Translations under genes and position numbers: made by a program
Part shown: positions 39,801-48,423 of the stretch, one piece after another
Layout: each line of letters opens with the position of its first letter
Numbering within the stretch: the stretch's first letter is position 1
Notes under the pieces: generated by a model
Seen by the model: the letters and a program-made list of their open reading frames with translations, nothing else
Told to the model about the DNA's origin: nothing
Databases searched by the model: none
Origin: an uncultured Bacteroidales bacterium
Lineage (GTDB): Bacteria; Bacteroidota; Bacteroidia; Bacteroidales; Bacteroidaceae
Assembly (NCBI GenBank): GCA_902800925.1
Contig: CADCGD010000005.1
Location: forward strand, 6,431 to 70,430
Reading direction: 5' to 3'
Length of the DNA: 64,000 bases

Positions 39801-41706
39801 TGCTGTAGAATACAAGAAAGGCAGAGCTGATGAACGTAATATCGCAGCCACTGAGTATTTCCGCGTCAACCCCCACCGTGTGAATCTCGGTGCCGTCGGT
39901 ATATCGCTGAAAGATGGCGCCGGTCAACCAATTCCCTTGAAAGGTCTCAGTGACATCCATCAGCAGCTACAACTTTGGCACGGCCAGATTGAATCGCACT
40001 TTGTTGCCGACGGTTCCCCTGTCGATGTCGTAACACTTGGACACCCTTCCCTCGCCGCCGTCTCCTACCGCATTACCACCCCATTGCTAAAAAAAGGTCA
40101 AGCTGGTGTCACCATCCGTCTGCCCTATCCTACTGGCAAGCATGCCGACGATGCTGCCGACTGGTCGAAACCTGACCGCCACCAGAGCCGTATCGTCATA
40201 CAAGCTGACAATTACGCCGAAATCGAGCATCGTATGGACAGCACCACCTATTATATCTATATAAGGTGGGAAGGACAGGCCAAACTCGCTGAAACAGATA
40301 CACACACTTGGCAACTCACAACCAACGAAGACAACTTAGCCTTCGAGGTGGAGTATCTCACAACTGGCGGTCACCAGGGACGCCACATCATCGCTCCCTT
40401 CCGCTTCTCAGATGCCCAGAAGGCCACGCAGAAGTTTTGGCATCAGTTCTGGACGGAAACGGCCTTTGCTGACTTTAGTCAGTGTACTGACCCACGGGCC
40501 AAGGAACTGGAGCGCCGCGTGGTGCTTTCACAATACCTCACCCGTATTAACTGTGCCAACAATATGCCACCACAGGAGACTGGTCTGACATACAACTCCT
40601 GGTTTGGTCGTCCCCATTTGGAGATGACATGGTGGCACGCCGTTGACTTCGCCCTATGGAATCAGCCGAAAGTTGTGGAACAGATGCTCACTTGGTACAA
40701 CAAAACGGCTGCTCCCGTAGCCAAGAATATCGCCAAGCGTCAAGGTTTTAAGGGCCTGCGCTGGATGAAGATGACCGACCCATGGGCTGGTGAAGCACCG
40801 TCCAATACGGGGTCGTTCCTCATCTGGCAACAGCCTCACTATATCTATCTGGCTGAGGAGATGTATCGTGCGATGCCTACCTCAGAGACCTTGAAGAAGT
40901 ACGCTGACAATGTGGAGGCAACTGCCGAGTTCATGGCCGACTTCGTCAGCTACGATAAAAAGACTGACAAATACTTCTTGCAAGGTGCCACCGCCATGCA
41001 AGAGTCGATGTCGAAGGACTTCTCATACAACCATCCCTTCGAATTAGCATACTGGTGCTATGGGCTTAACGTTGCCAATAACTGGCGTGAACGTATGGGC
41101 AAGCCCCGTCATGAAGAATGGGACAAGATTGCACAAAACATGGCTCCCCTACCTTTGACGAAGGACGGCGTCATCACCGCTGGTATGCCCAAGGGAAAGA
41201 CGACAGGGCTGAAGAGTTTCGACCCGTTCGATGCCGTTGCCGCAGGTGCTGCGCCCGTACTGGCTACTGAGACCTTCACTGACAAATGCCGCAACGACCA
41301 TCCGGCCTGTCTGGGTGCCTTCGGTCTGCTGCCTTCTTGTTCAGTAAACAGCGACAGTGTCGCAGCACACAAGACAATGGACTGGGTTATGAAAAACTGG
41401 AACTTCCAGACTACTTGGGGCTGGGACTATGGCATGATGGCAATGGCTGCTGCCCGTATCGGTGACCCACAGACGGCTCTTGACGCCCTACTCATCGACA
41501 CACAGAAGAATACTTATCTGAAGAATGGACATAACTTCCAAACCTCAGATCGCCTGCGCCTATACTTGCCTGGCAATGGTGCCCTTCTTACTGCTGTCGC
41601 CATGATGTGTGCCGGATGGGACGGTTGTCCACAGGTGCTTAATCCCGGTTTCCCACAAGACGGCACATGGAATGTCCGCTGGGAGGGACTGCGTCGTATG
41701 CAATAA
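36838..41706 (+). CDS. Secreted trimodular glycosidase: GH28 polygalacturonase + GH105 unsaturated uronyl hydrolase + uncharacterised six-hairpin-like module
   Basis: GH28 NGDG, GDD, GHG, RIK; GH105 NLDNI, QVWLDG.FM, WGR..GW, ESTCSAM; third module from IDREAVLFRNNP (~39538) to the end. Confidence 0.88.
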   Translation: MKKLLNVTLLLCLFFPLLAVAQGWNEQQYREIEQSIRMPQFAAKDYVITKFGAKSTNTAAKNQKAIQKAIDKCSKKGGGRVIVPAGQKFLTAAIQLKSGVNLVVEEGAVLEFAFEPELYPIVPTRWEGLDCWNLSPLIYAYQAKDIAITGKGTIDGGGSNETWWPWCGSKKFGMKEGGIAQNMGARARLLKYAEDGVPMDERKFGPTDGLRPQMINFNQCEGILIEDITLLRSPFWVIHPLLSTDITVRGVHINNDGPNGDGCDPEACDRVLIENCYFNTGDDCIAIKSGRNNDGREGGQGKFAGRPSKNIIIRDCKFNNGHGGVVIGSEISGGCQNVFAENCEMDSPSLDRVLRIKTNSCRGGIIENINMRNVTVGQCGEAVLKLNTDYEPREVCCRGFYPTIRNVTMENVTCQKSKYGVMIVGYQDPTLAYTINNITVKNCHFNGVYNKPIHQIGLAQDITYDNLFINGSLVLQNPPYKHYSEWLTYSEMKRVPESYMLDFATKPKWSYVMGIELEGMLDTYLRYGGEDIRKYCQMYTDKMIDEKGNITGYDILDYNLDNIRTGHFVTRMYQKWPEAKNLLAMQTMMKQLKDQPRTIADKVFWHKAIYAYQVWLDGIFMGLPFRCLTAPIVEAADNAKVKGKKKSLTSNPLPLTSKIYDDAVNQLKITYERTLDPKTGLNRHAYDETRKTFWADKETGLSQHCWGRAQGWYSMALIEVLDALPDDYARKQEVIELLKKDLDAVIKWQDKKTGVWYQVMDSPGREGNYLESTCSAMFTYVLLKAYRKGYVGDKYRDAGIKAYKGMIQNFIKVNADKTISLTNCCSVAGLGPAATPEVEAALKMVNPKGTVKENKRRDGSFNYYLSEEIRDNDAKGIGPFIWASLEMEMLGYTTENITASIDREAVLFRNNPIITEADPLASLSVGNGRFATTVDVTGMQTYLDDYKNGIPLTAMCDLIWHSFPNTQGLKPADSEKSFDLGHGHPEVYAVEYKKGRADERNIAATEYFRVNPHRVNLGAVGISLKDGAGQPIPLKGLSDIHQQLQLWHGQIESHFVADGSPVDVVTLGHPSLAAVSYRITTPLLKKGQAGVTIRLPYPTGKHADDAADWSKPDRHQSRIVIQADNYAEIEHRMDSTTYYIYIRWEGQAKLAETDTHTWQLTTNEDNLAFEVEYLTTGGHQGRHIIAPFRFSDAQKATQKFWHQFWTETAFADFSQCTDPRAKELERRVVLSQYLTRINCANNMPPQETGLTYNSWFGRPHLEMTWWHAVDFALWNQPKVVEQMLTWYNKTAAPVAKNIAKRQGFKGLRWMKMTDPWAGEAPSNTGSFLIWQQPHYIYLAEEMYRAMPTSETLKKYADNVEATAEFMADFVSYDKKTDKYFLQGATAMQESMSKDFSYNHPFELAYWCYGLNVANNWRERMGKPRHEEWDKIAQNMAPLPLTKDGVITAGMPKGKTTGLKSFDPFDAVAAGAAPVLATETFTDKCRNDHPACLGAFGLLPSCSVNSDSVAAHKTMDWVMKNWNFQTTWGWDYGMMAMAAARIGDPQTALDALLIDTQKNTYLKNGHNFQTSDRLRLYLPGNGALLTAVAMMCAGWDGCPQVLNPGFPQDGTWNVRWEGLRRMQ

Positions 41707-41709
41707 TAC

Positions 41710-42921
41710 TCAGTGTTTCGTGAAGAGCGTGGCACCTGCCCCTTTCTTCACCATTTCGGGTACGTCACAGTACGGAACAACGCTATAGTCGTATGGTACG
41801 GTAACGGTAGCTCCTTCGGAAGCGGGCAGGTTTTCGGCCTCGGCAATATAATTATCTGCTGTCCAAGTTACTGCTACGGCACCACTTTGGCTATAATAAT
41901 GCTTCACCCCCCTTTCTACGTAGTTACCCTCTATCAGAAACTCTGAGTTAACACGTGGGTTGATACAGTTATTGGCCGTGGTACTGGTGAAGTAGTTGTT
42001 CAGCATGTGAATCTTGCCCACACGGGCCATAGGCATGCGTTGCTTACAACCCGTTCCCCACCAGTTGAAGGCAAAGGTAGTATTCAGATAGCCCGTCACC
42101 TCCCTGTCGCTATAGCCTACAAGATTGGTATTCTGGTGCATGTATGAATGCTCTGTATAGCTGAACGTACACCAGCTGACGGTAATGAAGTCGGACATGC
42201 CCGTGATATCGAAATTACCGTCCATGCCATCCATAAAGGCACAATGGTCTATCCAGCAGTTCCTGGTTCTATTGACGCACGATAGGAGGTCGTTACCGCC
42301 TACATCAATGGAACCAGGACCTATAAACGTGATATTGCGGATGATGATGTTTTGACAATTTCTCAGACTCAGAATGCCCGAATTGCGATAAGTCTCGTTC
42401 TGGTCGCCCGTCATCTCGATAATCATCTTGCGCGTATTATATTCTGCTTCTTCCCTGACCCTATGGCCATTAGGAAGAATGCCACCGCCACCACTGGTAC
42501 TCATGTTGGGCACACCGGCAGCGTCCAGCATAGCCCTGATTTCATCAGTTACAAACCATTGGGTACGGATACGGGCGTTGTTAATGCCTAACAGCGTTTT
42601 GTCTGATGCGGATACGCCAACATTGCTCGACACGATGAAGTCACCATTAGAACCGTCAAGGATGACGACATCATTCTGTCTGACAGCATCCTCAATCGTT
42701 TGTCGCATATCCTCTCCGTCCGATTTCAAGACAATCGCCTTACCCGTAAAACTGTCGGGCACAGGATAGGTATAGCAGCCGCCACCAGTAACATCATAGG
42801 TAGAAGCTGCATCTGTACGTGAAGCACGGGTACAGAAGCCAAAGGGTTGATTGATATCGTAGTCTGCAGCCGACATGACCATTGACAGAGTAGAAAGCAA
42901 GAAAACAGCAATTAGTCTCAT
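41710..42921 (-). CDS. PL1 pectate lyase
   Basis: Signal peptide; NIIIRN, WIDHC, DGNFD, RMPMAR, HMLNNY; ATG 42921. Confidence 0.88.
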   Translation of the reverse strand: MRLIAVFLLSTLSMVMSAADYDINQPFGFCTRASRTDAASTYDVTGGGCYTYPVPDSFTGKAIVLKSDGEDMRQTIEDAVRQNDVVILDGSNGDFIVSSNVGVSASDKTLLGINNARIRTQWFVTDEIRAMLDAAGVPNMSTSGGGGILPNGHRVREEAEYNTRKMIIEMTGDQNETYRNSGILSLRNCQNIIIRNITFIGPGSIDVGGNDLLSCVNRTRNCWIDHCAFMDGMDGNFDITGMSDFITVSWCTFSYTEHSYMHQNTNLVGYSDREVTGYLNTTFAFNWWGTGCKQRMPMARVGKIHMLNNYFTSTTANNCINPRVNSEFLIEGNYVERGVKHYYSQSGAVAVTWTADNYIAEAENLPASEGATVTVPYDYSVVPYCDVPEMVKKGAGATLFTKH

Positions 42922-43092
42922 AGTTCGTTTTGATTTATTGGGGCAAATATACATAGTATTTTCAAATAGACAAAAGATTTATGTAGAAAAATCATCGCGT
43001 AAACGTTTAAGTAACGATATTATTAAAATATGTGCACATAATCGAAAACCTTTTCGTAATTTTGTACCCAGAAACTACGAAACAACGAAAAT

Positions 43093-45285
43093 ATGAAAAA
43101 ACAACTACTTACACTTATAGCTGCCATGATGGCTATCATGGCTATTGCTCAAGAACAGGTTCCCGCTTTCCCCGGTGCCGAAGGTCACGGACGCTACGTA
43201 ACAGGTGGTCGCGGCGGTCAGGTCATCCATGTCACCAACCTCAACGACAGCGGCTCGGGCTCGCTTCGCAATGCTGTCAGCGGTTCATCGAAGAAGATTA
43301 TCGTCTTCGACGTGGCTGGCGTCATCGCACTCAAAAACAATCTCAATATTGGTGCTAACACCACCATTCTCGGACAGACTGCTCCTGCCCCAGGCATCAC
43401 GTTGCGCTATTATACCGTTAATCCTAACGGCAACAACATCATCATCCGCTATCTGCGCTTCCGCCGAGGTCAGGAGAAGGATGTCAACGACGGTGCCGAT
43501 GCTTCTACGGCCCGTCACTTCACAGGCATCATAATTGACCACTGCTCACTATCTTGGAGTATTGACGAAGTGGCATCTTTCTACGACAACAATAACTTTA
43601 CCATGCAGTGGTGTACCATTGGAGAGAGCCTCAACAATGCCGGACACGGCAAAGGTGCCCACGGCTATGGTGGCATCTGGGGCGGCAAACTGGCTTCGTT
43701 CCATCACAACCTCATCTGCCATGTCAACAACCGTTCGCCTCGTTTCAACGGTGCCCGCTACGACTGGACTGGCTATACCAGCAACAAGCTGTACAATGAA
43801 TACAAGTGGGAGAATGCCGTACAGGCTGAGAACGTTGACTTCCGCAACTGCGTTGTCTACAACTGTGGCAACGGCTGCTACGGCGGTCCTGGTGGTGGCA
43901 AGATCAACATGGTAAACAACTATTTTAAGACAGGTCCCACTGCTACAACAAGTCGTCTGACCACCGTCACTGTTGGCGCCTCAGGCAATTCAGAAGGCTC
44001 CCCCCAGTACTGGACGATGACTAGCCGCTACTATCTCAGCGGTAACCAGATTAACAGCACCAAGAATGCTGGTTGGAACTATATGAGTTACGACGACGGC
44101 ACCTACCTCATCAATGGTAAACGCTACAGCCCGGACCCCAACCACTACAACGGTGCTAACGAGACTTACGAGAAAAACAGTGCCGGCACCGACTGCATCT
44201 GCATGCAACTCGACGAGCCTACATACACTGGCGAGATCACAACACATACTGCCGAACAAGCTTACGAGAAAGTGCTCACCTATGCTGGTGCATCACTTAT
44301 TCAGGACGATGTAGACGCCCGCTACTTCACCGAGGCCCGCAACGGCACGGCTACCTATTCTGGTAGCGTCACCCAGCAGAAAGGGCGCATCGACTTAGTG
44401 TCTGATGTTAACGGCTATACGGAGACCAACTTTGGCACGGGCAGCCGTGACGCATCGTTCGACACCGATAAGGACGGCATTCCCGATGCCTGGGAGACGG
44501 CCAACGGTCTAAATCCGAATGACGCCACCGATGCCGTGACCTACACCCTCGACCCGGCCAAGTACTATATGAACATCGAAGTGTATGCCAACTCGTTAGT
44601 ACAGGACATCATGGTGGCAGGAAATGCCGATACTGACGATGCCGCCAAGGAGTACTATCCTGCCTACAAGAAAGAGGACGGTACCCAGGTAGAGGCCATC
44701 AACACCCTCGGACTGGACCTGAATCCTAGCGATAACCCCACAGGTGAGACCAAAACATACACTGTCAAGTTCAACGGTGACGACGTCCAGTCTCAGAATG
44801 GTTTCTTCTCCTTTGGCGACAGCAATAACAAGCACAGCTTCAACGGCAAGTTCACGGGCACTTACGACGGCATGGAGTACACACAGGGGCTGAAGATGGA
44901 AAGCTCTACCCTCATCCAGTTTACGACCACCGGTACTTCCACCGTCATCATCGTGCAATCCACATGGAGCGCCAACACCCTCAAGTTTGACGGCACTGAG
45001 TTAGATGTCACCACCGCAGCCACTCCCGACGGCAGCGAGGGTGTTCGCGTCTACACCATCACTGGTGTCGGAGCCGGTACACACTCCATTACCCGCGGCA
45101 ACGGTGAAAGCGGTATCTTCTATGTAGAGGTGCGTGAGACCAGCACCACTGGTATCTGTGCCGTCAAGACCAAGGCCGACGGAACCGACTATCCTGTCTA
45201 TAACCTCCGCGGACAGCGTGTCAGCAGCAGCTACAAAGGCATCGTCATCAAGAACGGCAAAAAGTATATCACGATTCACAAATAA
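43093..45285 (+). CDS. PL1 pectate lyase with CBM77-like domain and Prevotella-type C-terminal secretion tail
   Basis: AFPGAEG.G...GGRGG, GQTAP, IDHCSLSWSIDE, RSPR, DTDKDGIPDAWE; LKMESST domain; YNLRGQRV...KGIVIKNGKK. Confidence 0.88.
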   Translation: MKKQLLTLIAAMMAIMAIAQEQVPAFPGAEGHGRYVTGGRGGQVIHVTNLNDSGSGSLRNAVSGSSKKIIVFDVAGVIALKNNLNIGANTTILGQTAPAPGITLRYYTVNPNGNNIIIRYLRFRRGQEKDVNDGADASTARHFTGIIIDHCSLSWSIDEVASFYDNNNFTMQWCTIGESLNNAGHGKGAHGYGGIWGGKLASFHHNLICHVNNRSPRFNGARYDWTGYTSNKLYNEYKWENAVQAENVDFRNCVVYNCGNGCYGGPGGGKINMVNNYFKTGPTATTSRLTTVTVGASGNSEGSPQYWTMTSRYYLSGNQINSTKNAGWNYMSYDDGTYLINGKRYSPDPNHYNGANETYEKNSAGTDCICMQLDEPTYTGEITTHTAEQAYEKVLTYAGASLIQDDVDARYFTEARNGTATYSGSVTQQKGRIDLVSDVNGYTETNFGTGSRDASFDTDKDGIPDAWETANGLNPNDATDAVTYTLDPAKYYMNIEVYANSLVQDIMVAGNADTDDAAKEYYPAYKKEDGTQVEAINTLGLDLNPSDNPTGETKTYTVKFNGDDVQSQNGFFSFGDSNNKHSFNGKFTGTYDGMEYTQGLKMESSTLIQFTTTGTSTVIIVQSTWSANTLKFDGTELDVTTAATPDGSEGVRVYTITGVGAGTHSITRGNGESGIFYVEVRETSTTGICAVKTKADGTDYPVYNLRGQRVSSSYKGIVIKNGKKYITIHK

Positions 45286-45297
45286 ACATAGAAAAAT

Positions 45298-47142
45298 ATG
45301 AAAAAACTGTTTCTCACACTACTGAGCGCCGTAGTCCTCATGCCGGTTATGGCCAACAACAATGTGGCACCGTGGGGCTGGGCAACCTGCTCCGACGAGT
45401 CAGGTACAGCATTCACCCTCAGCGGCGGATGCTTTACGGACGCCAAGACCACTACCCTGACTGCCTTAGGCGGTGGACAGACCGATGACAACCAGATTAA
45501 GCTGGCCATCTCGCAGAACGACATCATCATCTTCGACGGTTCCAATGGCGACTTCATCCTCAATGAATACATCAAGGTTTCAGCAAAGAACAAGACCCTC
45601 ATTGGCATCAACAATGCCCGCCTGTGCACCAAGTTCTTTCTGACCGCTGACGACATTACATACTTGAAGCAGCAGAATCTGGACGGCCTGAGCAGCACCG
45701 ATCAATATACCGGAACGCTCCCCGACGGAACAGAGATCACCTGCGACAAGCGTGCCTTCTTCACCAAGAAGGCCATGATGGAGCTGCAGTACCAGAAGAC
45801 GGGTGTCTATTCTCTGCCCAACAAAGCCGGCATCTTCAGCATCGGTGAAGAATGCGACAACATCATCATCCGCAACCTCTCGCTCATTGGCCCGGGCTCT
45901 GTTGACATCGACGGTGTAGACCTCATCACCAATATGGGTACCCACGTATGGGTAGACCACTGCACATTTCAGGATTCTCAGGATGGTGCCCTCGACAGCA
46001 AACGCTGCGACTGGGCTACCTACACCTACAACTACTTCTACTACACCTCGCGCAGCTATTCGCATGCTTACACCTGCGGATGCGGATGGGTCACCGACCA
46101 CGAGATGACACTCCACCTGACTTTTGCTTCTAACCTTTGGGGCGAGGGCTGCATGCGTCGTCTGCCACAATGTGACGACAGTTACATACACCTTGTCAAC
46201 AACTACCACAACTGCCCAGGCAACAGTGCCGGCATGACCATCAACAGCTATACTCGCGCACTCGTCGAAAACAACTATGCGGCCACAGGCGTTAACAGCC
46301 CCCTGACGGGCAGTGGCAGTAATCGCAACGTGACAGCAAGTGGCAACAACTTCTCTGCAACATCAGTAGGCAGCGAGGTGACCGTGCCCTACCAATATAC
46401 CAAGATAGCCGCAGCCGATGTTCCTGACAACCTAACAGGCACTGAGGGTGCCGGAGCCACCTTGGGCAACGATGCGACATACATTCTGTCTACAATTCCA
46501 ACAGTAGAACGACAAGAAGGGGAATCTACACTCTACTATTTTATTGACGGCTTGGTGGGAACTAATAGCGACGGTTATTCCATTATGACATTTAATGACG
46601 GTGCAACAATGTTGCTGAACAATAAAGAGAAAGCATGGTCTAATGGTACTACTATTAAACTTGGCGACGAGAATTTTACGAGTATCAAACTGTCTAATGG
46701 TGCAGAAAACATCTTCACAGCACCTACTGGCAAAAAAGTAAGTGGTATTACCTTCTATTCTTATATCAATATAAAAGAAGAAAAACTCGACTTCACTAAA
46801 TATCCAGAATATGGTTTCCGTACCTGTCTCTGGCAGAAAGTTGCCAACCTCACTTATTCTGCGACTTCCGATGATGTACAAATCTTGAAATCTCGTGACC
46901 CACAGAATCCTGACGTGGCATCATTCAATTTCACTCCAACAAATGTTGTAAGTTTCAAAAATTCAGGTGAACAGTTTTGTTTCTTAATGGAAGTCACCTA
47001 TAGTGACGAAAGCACTGGTATCTCTGCTATCCAGAAAAAAATGCCTATTGATGGCATTACCTACAACCTGCAAGGTGTCCGTGTAAATAATCCCACCAAG
47101 GGAATCTATATCCAAAACGGGAAAAAGGTCGTGATCAAGTAA
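45298..47142 (+). CDS. PL1 pectate lyase with accessory domain and C-terminal secretion tail
   Basis: NIIIRN, WVDHC, DGALD, RLPQ, HLVNNY; paralogous to 41710-42921; YNLQGVRV...KGIYIQNGKK. Confidence 0.85.
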   Translation: MKKLFLTLLSAVVLMPVMANNNVAPWGWATCSDESGTAFTLSGGCFTDAKTTTLTALGGGQTDDNQIKLAISQNDIIIFDGSNGDFILNEYIKVSAKNKTLIGINNARLCTKFFLTADDITYLKQQNLDGLSSTDQYTGTLPDGTEITCDKRAFFTKKAMMELQYQKTGVYSLPNKAGIFSIGEECDNIIIRNLSLIGPGSVDIDGVDLITNMGTHVWVDHCTFQDSQDGALDSKRCDWATYTYNYFYYTSRSYSHAYTCGCGWVTDHEMTLHLTFASNLWGEGCMRRLPQCDDSYIHLVNNYHNCPGNSAGMTINSYTRALVENNYAATGVNSPLTGSGSNRNVTASGNNFSATSVGSEVTVPYQYTKIAAADVPDNLTGTEGAGATLGNDATYILSTIPTVERQEGESTLYYFIDGLVGTNSDGYSIMTFNDGATMLLNNKEKAWSNGTTIKLGDENFTSIKLSNGAENIFTAPTGKKVSGITFYSYINIKEEKLDFTKYPEYGFRTCLWQKVANLTYSATSDDVQILKSRDPQNPDVASFNFTPTNVVSFKNSGEQFCFLMEVTYSDESTGISAIQKKMPIDGITYNLQGVRVNNPTKGIYIQNGKKVVIK

Positions 47143-47164
47143 GTACTTTAGCAAGCATTTCACT

Positions 47165-48219
47165 GAAAATAAAGGTTCACATTCACGTCTAACACTCTAT
47201 AAGTGAGAGTGTTAGGCGTGAACCTTGTTTTTGGACGACAAGTGTTTTGAGCGCTAACGACAACTGCTATTTTTTTTATTAAAGACAACTTAGACAACTT
47301 AGGACAACATAATATTTAGCCTACGACGCAACCGCGTCTACGAACTCCCGGATATTACATAAAAATGTTCTCCGCAAGCAGAGTGTGGCGTTGCAATGTC
47401 CAAAGTTCTCTGCAAGCAGAGTGTGGCGTTGCAATGTCATAGTTGTCCTAAGTTGTCTAAGTTGTCTAAGTTGTCTTTTATATAATATTAATCCAAGTTG
47501 TCGTTAAATACAATCCAAGTTGTCGTTATTCTAGCTGTTTTCGTTTTTCTTTACAGCATATCAAAATAAATGTTAAATTTAACCTATTTTCTGAGCTTTT
47601 CTTTACATCGCAACACAACTACTGCTAAGCCGTCTTCGTATACAGCCATCCCGTAACTGGCTACAGCTAAGCCGGTTACATATTAGCTATTCTTTTTACC
47701 CGTATCAGCCTAGCTCATCTTCCATGTCAAGTATTTTCATTTCGTCCGACGGCCGTCGAAAATATATGCGACAATCGTCGCAGATATCTTCGACGAATGT
47801 CGCATATGGCCAGACACCCTAAGCCACCCCTGACAACAACTGTGCTTCCCCAAACAACAACCAAGAAGTTCTATTCTAAACGACAAATACTATTTTTAAA
47901 GACAACTAGGACAACTATGACATTGCAACGCCACACTCTGCTTGCAGAGAACTTAGGACAATGAAACGCCACACTCTGCTTGCAGAGAACATTTTTATGT
48001 AATATCCGGGAGTCCGTAGACGCAGTTGCGTCGTAGGCTAAATATTATGTTGTCCTAAGTTGTCTAAGTTGTCTTTTATATAATATTAATCCTAGTTGTC
48101 TTTAATAAAAAAAAAAGCAGTTGTCGTTAGCGCTCAAAACACTTGTCGCCCAAAAACAAGGTTCACACTTAACGCAGTGGTGTACAGTGGGTTACACGTG
48201 AACGTGAACCCTTATTTTC
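47165..48219. repeat. 1.05 kb nested inverted-repeat element (arms ~290-310 bp)
   Basis: 47165-47450 is a near-exact reverse complement of 47907-48219; many GACAAC/GTTGTC motifs; internal 34-bp direct repeat; no credible ORF. Confidence 0.9.
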
Positions 48220-48423
48220 TACAAAAATACAATATAGTAGTTTGCTTAGTGTGTACCAGTTACACTTTCGCAATCGTTTACGTCGGTTTTAACTTAAAAA
48301 AGCAGGCACGAGATGGACCTTATTATAATTAATGTGTACCTTTGCAGAGTTATAGCCCCTATTGCTTAGATAAAGAACAAATCAATACAACAATAATTTA
48401 CTAACATTTAAAGCAAAACATTT

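Noticed and set aside
40004-40027. gccgacggttcccctgtcgat resembling the trpF palindrome
   Set aside because: Imperfect match that reads as a normal beta-turn (ADGSPVD); may be coincidence.
48096-48332. 78-aa ORF
   Set aside because: Lies across the right arm of the inverted repeat and the operator; no coding signature.
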